Shown piece by piece: positions 10,793 to 20,778 of a stretch of DNA of 64,000 nucleotides. Origin of the DNA: an uncultured Phycisphaerales bacterium (GTDB taxonomy: Bacteria > Planctomycetota > Phycisphaerae > Sedimentisphaerales > Anaerobacaceae). The first letter of the stretch is position 1; the number at the start of each line of letters is the position of its first letter. The stretch lies in NCBI GenBank assembly GCA_963772725.1, contig CAVYYI010000001.1, positions 864,001-928,000 of the forward strand. The letters run 5' to 3'. The translations under genes and the position numbers were made by a program. The notes below the pieces were generated by a model. That model did no database searches, was not told the DNA's origin, and saw only the letters and a program-made list of their open reading frames with translations.

Positions 10793-12340
10793 ATGATTAC
10801 AACAAACACACCTATTACAGAACTGCCCAGCGACGTTGAAACCCTCAGAGAGATGGTTTTAAAACTGTTGGCTAATGTTGACGACCTCAATCAGCAGCTG
10901 GCCTGGTTCAAGCGTCATGTATTCGGCAGAAGGAGCGAGAAGCTTGATCCTGCCCAGAGGCTGCTTTTTGAGGGTCTTTGTACAGAACTTGAGTTGAGGA
11001 TTGCGGCAGAACAACAAAAGGCTGATGCATGTGTTGAAACGCCGAAACCAAAGAATGCCAGTCATCATGGCAGACGTCCTTTACCTGAGGATTTACCCCG
11101 CCAGCGGATAGAGTATCATCCCCCGGAAGAGGAACTTATCTGCCCATCCTGCGGAAAAGAAAAACAGGTAATCGGCGAAGAGATAACAGAGCAGCTTGAT
11201 TATGTGCCTGCATCATTTGTTGTTCGTCAGCATGTGCGCATTAAATATGCCTGCCCTGACTGCAAAGAAAATGTATCCATAGCAGAACTTCCTGCATTTC
11301 CCATAGAAAAGGGTCGTCCCGGGACAGGACTGCTTGCTCATATAATTACCAGCAAATATACCGACCACCTCCCGCTTAATCGTCAGGAGAATATTTTCGG
11401 TCGGCATGATGTGGAAATCAGGCGTTCCACTATGTGTGACTGGGTAGGGCAATGTGCCGGTCTGCTTGAGCCTATCGCCAAAGAAATGAAGAGGCAGTTG
11501 TTAAAATCGCCTAAGATTCATACCGATGATACGACCATCCCTGTTCAGTGCAAGGATCGTAAAAGCACTTATGACGGTTATTTATGGGTATATGCCGATA
11601 TGAGTGATAATGTTGTGTTCGATTTTACACCGACACGATGTCGGGATGGGCCTATCAATTTTCTGGGGAGTTACAGCGGATATATACAGGCGGATGCATA
11701 CAAGGGTTACGACAAGCTCTTTGCCGAAGGCAGATGTACTGAGGTAGGCTGCTGGGCGCATTGCAGGCGCAAGTTTGATGAGGCTATTGAGACTGATAAG
11801 GAGCGAGCCGGGATTATGCTCGCATTGATAGGCAGTCTCTACGATGTGGAACGTGATGCAAAGAGACGTAACCTTGACGCTGACAGTATAAAGTCACTGC
11901 GTCAGGAAAAGAGTAAACCCATTCTCGAAGAGATTCGCAGAGTCATTGATAGCTGGTCGCTACAGATTTTGCCGAAGAGTCCAATTGGCAAGGCGATAAA
12001 TTATGCACTTGGTCAGTGGAAAGCATTAAACAGATATATTGAGAACGGAATCCTTTCGATAGATAATAATCTTTCAGAACGGATTTTAAGAATGGTTGTT
12101 CTCGGGCGTAAAAACTGGCTGTTTGCCGGCAATGAGAACGGAGCCCAAAGGGCAGCGACCATATACAGTCTGGTTGCAAGCTGCAAACTAAGTGATATTG
12201 ACCCATTCGTATATTTCAGGGATGTTCTTGAACGTGTCAGCACGCACCCCAACAGCCGGATTGCCGAACTGACACCTCCAAACTGGAAAAAGCTGTATTT
12301 CAAATCTGTCACAGAAGCAAACCCAACTCAAAACAACTAA
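10793..12340 (+). CDS. tnpC: IS66 transposase TnpC
   Basis: FGRRSEK, zinc finger CPSC/CPDC, HTDDT, QADAY, GCWAHCRRKF, IDNNLSER. Confidence 0.95.
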   Translation: MITTNTPITELPSDVETLREMVLKLLANVDDLNQQLAWFKRHVFGRRSEKLDPAQRLLFEGLCTELELRIAAEQQKADACVETPKPKNASHHGRRPLPEDLPRQRIEYHPPEEELICPSCGKEKQVIGEEITEQLDYVPASFVVRQHVRIKYACPDCKENVSIAELPAFPIEKGRPGTGLLAHIITSKYTDHLPLNRQENIFGRHDVEIRRSTMCDWVGQCAGLLEPIAKEMKRQLLKSPKIHTDDTTIPVQCKDRKSTYDGYLWVYADMSDNVVFDFTPTRCRDGPINFLGSYSGYIQADAYKGYDKLFAEGRCTEVGCWAHCRRKFDEAIETDKERAGIMLALIGSLYDVERDAKRRNLDADSIKSLRQEKSKPILEEIRRVIDSWSLQILPKSPIGKAINYALGQWKALNRYIENGILSIDNNLSERILRMVVLGRKNWLFAGNENGAQRAATIYSLVASCKLSDIDPFVYFRDVLERVSTHPNSRIAELTPPNWKKLYFKSVTEANPTQNN

Positions 12341-12657
12341 ACGACAGCCCCATTCTTCGTAAAAATAAATTTCACTTGTGTACTATCCGCAACCTGTAGT
12401 TGGTCGGACGGTTACTGAACTTTTGTAAAAATGGGAATTTGATGGCAAGCTTTGGCTTGCGGGATTGACTGCTTTTACTCGATATTCGAGGTTTATTTCT
12501 TTTGGCTGATTTTTAAGGGTGGTTTGTGGTTTATATTAGGCTGCGATTAAAAGCCATTGACTTAATTGGCCATCGGTTTGCTTTTGGCGCAGCTCGATAA
12601 TATAGTTTCTTACGATGCCCGTTAAGGGTTATAATACTCCTCAAAAATCGGCACAAC

Positions 12658-12975
12658 TTACACCAAATACAAGGACAAAATTGGTCTTGACAATGGGTAG
12701 GGGTTCATTGTTTTTATTTTAGTTGGCTCTACCTTGCCATTTCTTGCCATTCTTTTCTCTACATCTGACGAAAAATCCCAGTATAATTGGTGTGATAGTC
12801 CAGCATTCCAACCAAATTGTGTTTTCAGATAATCATCGAGAATGCAGTTGTCGTTAGTAACAGCCTGCTCTGTTATTGCAGGATGAGTAAACTTATTTCC
12901 CCATCCATATAAGTGTGTGAAGCTCATTAATAAAATGACCAAGAAAAATTTTAACCTAAATAATGATTTTGTCAT
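12658..12975 (-). pseudogene. Truncated secreted protein with Zn-PLC/S1-P1-like N-terminus
   Basis: Signal peptide followed by WGNKFTHPAIT (W...H zinc-ligand pattern); ends after only 105 aa. Confidence 0.45.
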
Positions 12976-13025
12976 TTTTAAATCTCCTAATCGATTTCAT
13001 AGTTAACGCTTTATTCCTAAATAAA

Positions 13026-13361
13026 TCACCCAAACATATTTATACATATTGAGGAGTTTTCTATTATCCACCATGTTAAAATTGCAGCTACAATAGCAAG
13101 TTCTACTAAAATTAAGGCAATTCTAATTTTAATATTTTTTATAAGAACTCTCATCATGAAAATCCATGCAAAACTATATCCAACAACAACATAAAGCCCG
13201 ATTTGGCCCCAAAACCATTCTGGTATGAATGGAAAATGGCCACAATCAAGCAATAAAACAAAAGAGATAAAATAGACCGTGAAGAATGCTATCACTAGCA
13301 GCATCACAGTAGCAGCAACATCTGACCGCCTCAATGGAGCCTTTGATTTATTCTCCTGCAT
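13026..13361 (-). CDS. Small 3-TM membrane protein, hypothetical
   Basis: Three hydrophobic segments; low-GC islet. Confidence 0.6.
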   Translation of the reverse strand: MQENKSKAPLRRSDVAATVMLLVIAFFTVYFISFVLLLDCGHFPFIPEWFWGQIGLYVVVGYSFAWIFMMRVLIKNIKIRIALILVELAIVAAILTWWIIENSSICINMFG

Positions 13362-14388
13362 CGTTTATTTCCCGAAATTGTTTTGTTTAATATATTCGTA
13401 GAATTGGCTGATTTTCCAATTCCCTGTCTCATCTCTGCCAAAGACTACCGGAAAAGCATTCCTTATGCCATCCTTTTCGGGGCCGAGAAGATAGTAGTTG
13501 GCTTTATATTCATTCTCGGATATCATATCAATTTGCTTCAAACCATCGGCTATTTCACGGAATTTCGGTCGAAGTTTCAATAGCATACGCGCCTCTTCCT
13601 GACCAATACCATCGGAAAAGCAATCTTTTATGGTATTTGCATCATTTTCAAGCAGAGCCGTTTTGAACTTTTTGAATACCGTCATTACCGGAGAGTCGTT
13701 TATATCTTCTAATTCCCCGCGGATAAGCCTAAATTCTCTGGAAATATCATAAGACGGCCTCCATACGTTTGCCTGTCCAGCTAAAAGATGAGAGAGTTTT
13801 GCTATACTACTGCTATTCCATTCATCTGGATTCTTGTCTTTATTGCTTTCCCACCAGTTTTCTATTTCTACAATAAGCTTTTCTCTGTCGGATACTATTG
13901 CCGGATATACAATAGATGGATTATTTATAGACAAGCGCAGACACCGAAACATGTCATCAGAAGTTTTCTTTTTGTAAGAGTTCTTTTTGATATATTCAAT
14001 CAATACAGGTGTAGCAGAGAAGTCGTTGAAGTCTTTCAAAGCTGCAGAGACACCTTTAAGAATGTCGGGGTCAGGAACAGTAAGATAGCCGTGTAATTGA
14101 TTTATATATTCATCCTTGTAAAGCTGTTTATTTTTGTAGGCACTTATATCTGCTGCCAATTGCTTTCTTGTCTCAGCAGCTTTTTTAGAAAATCTGTATT
14201 AGTTTTTTGTTCTTCATCTGCTAAAATTTTCTCCTTTGCCAAAACTTCCGGCAGAAGTTTTAACTTATTTATATGCAATTGATTAGAAGGCAAAAATTTC
14301 AGGTGTTCGATATGTAACCGTCCGACCAACTACAGGTTGCGGATAGTACACAAGTGAAATTTATTTTTACGAAGAATGGGGCTGTCGT

Positions 14389-15935
14389 TTAGTTGTTTTG
14401 AGTTGGGTTTGCTTCTGTGACAGATTTGAAATACAGCTTTTTCCAGTTTGGAGGTGTCAGTTCGGCAATCCGGCTGTTGGGGTGCGTGCTGACACGTTCA
14501 AGAACATCCCTGAAATATACGAATGGGTCAATATCACTTAGTTTGCAGCTTGCAACCAGACTGTATATGGTCGCTGCCCTTTGGGCTCCGTTCTCATTGC
14601 CGGCAAACAGCCAGTTTTTACGCCCGAGAACAACCATTCTTAAAATCCGTTCTGAAAGATTATTATCTATCGAAAGGATTCCGTTCTCAATATATCTGTT
14701 TAATGCTTTCCACTGACCAAGTGCATAATTTATCGCCTTGCCAATTGGACTCTTCGGCAAAATCTGTAGCGACCAGCTATCAATGACTCTGCGAATCTCT
14801 TCGAGAATGGGTTTACTCTTTTCCTGACGCAGTGACTTTATACTGTCAGCGTCAAGGTTACGTCTCTTTGCATCACGTTCCACATCGTAGAGACTGCCTA
14901 TCAATGCGAGCATAATCCCGGCTCGCTCCTTATCAGTCTCAATAGCCTCATCAAACTTGCGCCTGCAATGCGCCAGCAGCCTACCTCAGTACATCTGCCT
15001 TCGGCAAAGAGCTTGTCGTAACCCTTGTATGCATCCGCCTGTATATATCCGCTGTAACTCCCCAGAAAATTGATAGGCCCATCCCGACATCGTGTCGGTG
15101 TAAAATCGAACACAACATTATCACTCATATCGGCATATACCCATAAATAACCGTCATAAGTGCTTTTACGATCCTTGCACTGAACAGGGATGGTCGTATC
15201 ATCGGTATGAATCTTAGGCGATTTTAACAACTGCCTCTTCATTTCTTTGGCGATAGGCTCAAGCAGACCGGCACATTGCCCTACCCAGTCACACATAGTG
15301 GAACGCCTGATTTCCACATCATGCCGACCGAAAATATTCTCCTGACGATTAAGCGGGAGGTGGTCGGTATATTTGCTGGTAATTATATGAGCAAGCAGTC
15401 CTGTCCCGGGACGACCCTTTTCTATGGGAAATGCAGGAAGTTCTGCTATGGATACATTTTCTTTGCAGTCAGGGCAGGCATATTTAATGCGCACATGCTG
15501 ACGAACAACAAATGATGCAGGCACATAATCAAGCTGCTCTGTTATCTCTTCGCCGATTACCTGTTTTTCTTTTCCGCAGGATGGGCAGATAAGTTCCTCT
15601 TCCGGGGGATGATACTCTATCCGCTGGCGGGGTAAATCCTCAGGTAAAGGACGTCTGCCATGATGACTGGCATTCTTTGGTTTCGGCGTTTCAACACATG
15701 CATCAGCCTTTTGTTGTTCTGCCGCAATCCTCAACTCAAGTTCTGTACAAAGACCCTCAAAAAGCAGCCTCTGGGCAGGATCAAGCTTCTCGCTCCTTCT
15801 GCCGAATACATGACGCTTGAACCAGGCCAGCTGCTGATTGAGGTCGTCAACATTAGCCAACAGTTTTAAAACCATCTCTCTGAGGGTTTCAACGTCGCTG
15901 GGCAGTTCTGTAATAGGTGTGTTTGTTGTAATCAT
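14389..15935 (-). CDS. tnpC: IS66 TnpC, copy B, frameshifted
   Basis: Same translation as copy A except GCTGGCGCA versus GCTGGGCGCA. Confidence 0.88.
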
Positions 15936-16063
15936 TTATTCCGTTAAAGCTTTTTTCTACATCATTATCCGTAACGATGACTCCTATATATCATATAATC
16001 GGATAATGTCAAGAGAAATAATGATAATATTCAAAAAAAAGTGAAATATTTTTTTTGAGATTA

Positions 16064-16423
16064 TCAAAATATGCCGTTTCCAATTGAAAATCTTTTTCGC
16101 TGATGTGCCGAACAAAGGTCTATGCCCTCGAGAACCAGCGTCAGCCTTGCCAAATCCATCTCAAGACATTTTACTGAAGAATGATGCGGCAATCGAAATA
16201 CACCCTCTTCCAGCCTTTTGTACCATAGACAAAACCCCGTCCTGTCCCAGAATAGTATCTTGCATCTGTCGCGGTAACGATTGAAAAATACAAACAGATG
16301 ACCGCTTAAAGGGTCCTGCCCTAAAATAGTTTGTGTCATCGCGGCCAGACGGTCGAAACTGCAACGCATATCAGTTGGATCAACAGAGACAAAAATACGT
16401 ACCGAACAGGGTAAAGTCAGCAC
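16064..16423 (-). CDS. tnpB: IS66 TnpB, copy B
   Basis: Identical translation to 10305..10664. Confidence 0.93.
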   Translation of the reverse strand: MLTLPCSVRIFVSVDPTDMRCSFDRLAAMTQTILGQDPLSGHLFVFFNRYRDRCKILFWDRTGFCLWYKRLEEGVFRLPHHSSVKCLEMDLARLTLVLEGIDLCSAHQRKRFSIGNGIF

Positions 16424-16770
16424 AACTGTGTTTCCTTTAATGCAGAGAAAACCTTATTGATTGTGCCCTGGTCAATGTCAGAGGGTATTTTCAGTATATG
16501 ACCGCTTCTTAGTATAAGTTCCAATGGCTGCGGCTTTGGGCGTATGACGGGAACTTCGATAAATGCCGGATTATCTGGTGTTGTTGGAGTAACGAATTTT
16601 TGAGGCTGCTGACCTGCCAGCTTTCTACGCCAAGAGTAAAATGCCCATTCGTGAAGACCTTCCTGTTTGCAAAATTGATGAATTGACAGATTGCTTGATT
16701 TGTATGTTTCCAAAACCATTTTCCAGAACTCGGTCTGGTCCGCTTTTGTGACTTTACCATTATCGCTCAT
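16417..16770 (-). CDS. tnpA: IS66 TnpA, copy B
   Basis: Identical translation to 9958..10311. Confidence 0.9.
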   Translation of the reverse strand: MSDNGKVTKADQTEFWKMVLETYKSSNLSIHQFCKQEGLHEWAFYSWRRKLAGQQPQKFVTPTTPDNPAFIEVPVIRPKPQPLELILRSGHILKIPSDIDQGTINKVFSALKETQLC

Positions 16771-17297
16771 GATTTTGTTCCTTAAATAAACCTCAAAACC
16801 AAAAACGATTATCCCTACCTCATCAGCATTTACAATATGTACTTGGTCGGACGGTTACTTCGATATGGGACATTTTATCATTCCACGGCTGCAGTTTTAC
16901 TACGTTATTTTGCTTTCTATATATGTGCGGCAGGTTGAGCAAACAAACTATGAAAGGCTTAACTTCTTTGTCGGATACCCAATACCATACAAACCCTTGT
17001 TTATAAATGAATAGCTGTTCCGGGGCCAGTCTCGAAAACGGCCAGTGTTCTATCTGTATCGACTGGCTTGGGATTGTATATTTGCCGTCTTTGTCGGTAA
17101 CAGTTTCATATACAGCGCCGAATCGTCTGTTACCTCCCTCAAAGGAGAATCCCATGATATCACAGTTATATACTACAACCGCATCTTCAATTGGCTTACC
17201 GGTTATGGCATCGGTAACATGACCCGTTCGTATTCCTGTAGTTATTGTTATAGTTTTATCTTCGGGCAAAACATTTTCTTCACACAAGGCCATATTA

Positions 17298-18420
17298 TAC
17301 TACTCTTGATTGAAAAATTCCGTATTTTTCAATCAAAAAGCACCTTCTGTCCGATAAACAGCGTATATGAAGGATTATAAGTTGTCAAAAGAAAAAATAG
17401 CTGAACTGGAGGCATTGCATCGTTCGTTGCGTGATAAGCGTCAGGCCGACCGGGTCAAAGCGGTCATTGCTTTAGCAAAGGGATGGTCGGCGGCTCAGGT
17501 GGCCGAGATACTTCTTTTCGATGAGAAGACATCACGGGGCTATTTCGAGCGGTATCGGCAAGACGGTTTCCAGGCATTGCTGGATGACAACTATCCCGGC
17601 GCAGAACCGAAACTCGATGAACATCAAATGAGCGAACTTGAGGCATATCTCGAAGATCATATTTTCCCCGATGCCAAATCGGTTATCGCTCACATTGACA
17701 AGCAGTATGTGGTCCATTACTCCGTCAGCGGAGTCACCGATTTGCTGCATCGTCTTGGATTTTCCTACAAGAAGCCGACACATGTTCCCGGTAAACAAGA
17801 CCCCATCAAGCAACAGGCATTTCTCGAGGAATATGAACAGATCAAGGCAAGCAAAAGTCAAAACGACCCAATTTATTTCGCCGATGCCACCCACCCGCAG
17901 CACAACAGCATTCCTTCTTACGGCTGGATTAAGACGGGAAAGGAAAAAGAACTCAAAGCCAACTGTGGCCGCCAGCGATTGAATATCAATGGTGCGATTA
18001 ACATCGAAACACTGGAGCCAACGACAGGGTTTTATGACACGATCAATGCGAATTCGACCATTGATTTGTTCTCTAAGATCGAAGCAAAACATCCGGAGGC
18101 CAAAAGGATTTACATCATTGTTGACAATGCTCGATATTATCGTTCACGTTTGTTAAAAGAGTATACCGAGGGCACGAAAATCAAATTGATCTTTTTGCCG
18201 TCATACTCGCCGAATCTGAATCTGATTGAACGGTACTGGAAGTTTTTTAAGAAAAAAGTGCTGAACAATCGCTACTATGAAACGTTTGGTGAATTCAAGC
18301 GAGCATGTGAGAGCTTTTTCCGGAAGAGAAAGAAATATTTGCCGGAACTGAGAGCATTACTGACAGAAAACTTTCACATTCAAGCTGCATAAAAACAGGA
18401 AAATTCAATCGTAAGCAGTA
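17298..18420 (+). mobile_element. IS630-family element
   Basis: Imperfect IR TACTACTCTTGATTGAA / TACTGCTTACGATTGAA; TA duplication at 17296-17297 and 18421-18422. Confidence 0.92.
17367..18392 (+). CDS. IS630 transposase
   Basis: HTH; YFADATHP, IVDNARYY, LPSYSPNLNLIERYW. Confidence 0.95.
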   Translation: MKDYKLSKEKIAELEALHRSLRDKRQADRVKAVIALAKGWSAAQVAEILLFDEKTSRGYFERYRQDGFQALLDDNYPGAEPKLDEHQMSELEAYLEDHIFPDAKSVIAHIDKQYVVHYSVSGVTDLLHRLGFSYKKPTHVPGKQDPIKQQAFLEEYEQIKASKSQNDPIYFADATHPQHNSIPSYGWIKTGKEKELKANCGRQRLNINGAINIETLEPTTGFYDTINANSTIDLFSKIEAKHPEAKRIYIIVDNARYYRSRLLKEYTEGTKIKLIFLPSYSPNLNLIERYWKFFKKKVLNNRYYETFGEFKRACESFFRKRKKYLPELRALLTENFHIQAA

Positions 18421-18491
18421 TAGAAGCTAACGTTATCAATATCATTGTAACTTTGGTTATATGTCTTTTCATAGGGGTCTCCAATTATCTG

Positions 18492-19080
18492 TTAATGATA
18501 AGCAATAAAATAGCATAACTGTAAAAGTTTCCAGTTTCCATTATCATCCTTTATGAAAATTACAGGAAAACTGTAAGTGTTGCCGCCAATCTGAGACTGC
18601 ATTTCATATCTAACCTTGCCGGGTTTAGATGAAACCAATGTCATTGGTTCTTCAAACTTGCCAATTATCGGGTCGCGGGAAGTAAATCTGCAGATAGATG
18701 GGCTATATTGTCTGTTACGCAGATAGTATTCGCCAGTTTCTGAATCATAGTATTGACCTGTAAACATAAAGCAGTTGCTCGTCGCTTGTGACTCGTCGCT
18801 AGCAAATGATTCTCCTAATGGATTATATGTGTAGCTGTTCTTTATTACTCCGTTTGAATCTATAACCTGCCGAACACTTCCGAGGCGGTCGTGGAGGTAG
18901 AAGTATTTGCTGTCAACGACAACGTGATTGCTGTCGTCTAACCCGTTGCAGTCATACTTTGCCAATACCTGGCTGTCGGCGTAAAAATATTGTTTTGTCA
19001 AAGAGCTGTTAACATCAGCTATTTCGCACAATATTACAGGCAATCCACCGGAGATGTCAACTATAAATCTCTTATCGCCT
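18492..19080 (-). pseudogene. RHS repeat-associated core fragment fused to an unrelated C-terminal tail
   Basis: KRFIVDISGGLPVIL, YLHDRLGSVRQ, FTGQYYDSETGEYYLRNRQYSP...FTSRDP; the terminal NPxxxxDPxG motif is missing. Confidence 0.8.
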
Positions 19081-19290
19081 GGGATAGGAAAGGAACATCG
19101 TATCCCCCTGAAAAGGATTAGGTGTATGACACAGGAACAGACAGAAGATATTGTTTGTCAGATTAAGTCTCAACTATTTCACCTAAACCCTACCCCATGA
19201 TTTAAGCGGACAAAATTCGTCGCTGGTTCGCCATAGCTCCGCCAAAGGCGGATTCGATATCTCGACGCTTCACGAATAACGCTTCACGTT

Positions 19291-19905
19291 CTAAAGTATC
19301 ACCGAAACTGAATTTGTCGGCCAGCTTTCGCCTGCGGCGTTGACGGCCTTTACTCGGTATTCAAGTTTCACGCCCTGCGGCTGGTCTTTTAACTTAACCT
19401 GCGGATTAAATGATGTGCCTGCCATACTCCAGTCGTCCGGGTCGGTATTTACCCGGCGGCGTTCGATTATATACATCCTTACTTGTCCCCCTGCGAATCT
19501 TTTTGCCTTAACCCAGCTTAGAAATAATGTGTTCTCGGTCTGTGCTACAATTTTCAGGCTGGTAGGCGAAGCGGGAGGAGGAATCTGCTGTGCCTCTGCC
19601 TTCGGTCCCCAGCCGATGAAACTAAGAATTTCCGGACTGCCGGAGGTATCGACCTCGGATAGCTTTATCTGGTTCTTCATAACCGTCTGCAGATTTACAA
19701 AGGCGGCCTGTTTCTCCTCGGCGGCAAGAGCGACCATAGATTCCGCTTCCTGAAGCGCGTTTGCCGCATCCGTAAATCGCTGTCTTGCCGATTCAAGCGA
19801 TGCCGTATCATGATGAGGAAATTCAGCAGGATGATTTGTGTAACCCCCTATCATATTATCGACCAGTGCCATTACCTGATTCTGCCTTCTTGGATATTGA
19901 GCCAT
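19291..19905 (-). CDS. Cytoplasmic protein with helical N-domain and C-terminal fibronectin type III domain
   Basis: PPASPTSL...LSW...YIIERR...YRVKAVNAAGES FN3 pattern; no signal peptide; AGGGG RBS. Confidence 0.82.
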   Translation of the reverse strand: MAQYPRRQNQVMALVDNMIGGYTNHPAEFPHHDTASLESARQRFTDAANALQEAESMVALAAEEKQAAFVNLQTVMKNQIKLSEVDTSGSPEILSFIGWGPKAEAQQIPPPASPTSLKIVAQTENTLFLSWVKAKRFAGGQVRMYIIERRRVNTDPDDWSMAGTSFNPQVKLKDQPQGVKLEYRVKAVNAAGESWPTNSVSVIL

Positions 19906-20152
19906 TTTAAAACCCCTTGTTTAATAAAATTACCAAATCCGAATATCGAAATCCGAAACAATCTCGAATAATCAAAATTCAAATGTTTCAAACAAAACTT
20001 GTTCCGCATTTTTTATTTTTGCTTTTTAATTTTTAATCTGAAAAATGTGTCGGCTGATTTACAGGACAGGTTAAGCTGTTTTTTTTGCGTAAAATAAATG
20101 TTACGGGACTAAAAATGCGGTAACATTATGTAAGATAAGGAGTTATACATTA

Positions 20153-20508
20153 TTATTCAAGCTTGAAATATTGAAAATCGTGCTTACAACTGACGATTGT
20201 GAACTGACAATCGTTGATTGTAAGTGTGCGATTATCGATTGTAAGCCTGCAATTGACAAAAGTGAATTGGCAATCTATGGCGGTAAGTTTGCGATTATAG
20301 ATTGTCGATTGGCATTCCATAGCTGTGAATTTACATTTTACGGCTGTTAATCGACAATTATGGATTGTAAGCTGACAATTGGCGGATGTGAACGTGAAAA
20401 ATGATATTTGAAGCTTGATATGCGACGTTTTAAGCTCGAAATTTTAGATTAACGCTGAGTATCCGGCATATTAAGCTCGAAAAACCATTTATCAAGCGTG
20501 ATATTCGA
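20153..20508. repeat. Degenerate tandem array with 21-bp period (about 17 units)
   Basis: Units at 20195, 20216, 20237 and 20363: gattgtgaactgacaatcgtt, gattgtaagtgtgcgattatc, gattgtaagcctgcaattgac, gattgtaagctgacaattggc. Confidence 0.78.
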
Positions 20509-20778
20509 TAAACCAAACCAGATAAAACAGTGTTAATCCGCGTAAATACATGTCGAAAAGAATAGAATACAAAACACAGAAATCAGAAGAAAAACTAAAA
20601 AAATTAGCGCAATCAGCGTTTAAATTAGTCGCTGGTCGTTAGCAAATCATCCCTAACAAAAATCTTCGTGTTCGTTCGTTGTTAAAAAAAACCTTTTAAA
20701 TCAGAGTAATCAGTGTTTAACAAAGGACTTATAAATATCGCTGTTGTTAATCTTTTTTAAAATTGTTATAATTCCTCT

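Larger units (their letters stand above)
9870..12415 (+). mobile_element. IS66-family element, copy A (tnpA-tnpB-tnpC), intact
   Basis: Terminal IR GTAACCGTCCGACCAA at both ends; 8-bp target duplication TGAACTTT at 9862-9869 and 12416-12423. Confidence 0.97.
14314..16858 (-). mobile_element. IS66-family element, copy B (inverted relative to A); tnpC has a 1-bp deletion near 14972
   Basis: Same IR; 8-bp target duplication TTCGATAT at 14306-14313 and 16859-16866; 2545 bp versus 2546 bp for copy A. Confidence 0.97.
13365..18472 (-). pseudogene. Secreted protein (carboxypeptidase-regulatory-like domain ... C-terminal NTF2-like domain) interrupted by IS630 and IS66 copy B
   Basis: Removing both IS plus one target copy each restores an in-frame MKRHITKVTMILITLAS|NMALCEE...KMSHIE|HLKFLP; GGAGA RBS; extra frameshift near 14160. 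Confidence 0.8.

Noticed and set aside
14901..15000. Programmed frameshift in IS66 tnpC copy B
   Set aside because: Copy A is continuous; the difference is a 1-bp loss in a G run, consistent with error or mutation.
9870..16858. Composite transposon
   Set aside because: Each IS66 copy has its own distinct target duplication; none flanks the pair.
19136..19210. Tiny ORF MTQEQTEDIVCQIKSQLFHLNPTP at the RHS truncation point
   Set aside because: 24 aa with no motif; cannot be supported from the sequence alone.
20153..20508. CRISPR array
   Set aside because: Units are contiguous degenerate 21-mers with no repeat-spacer alternation, and there are no cas genes.
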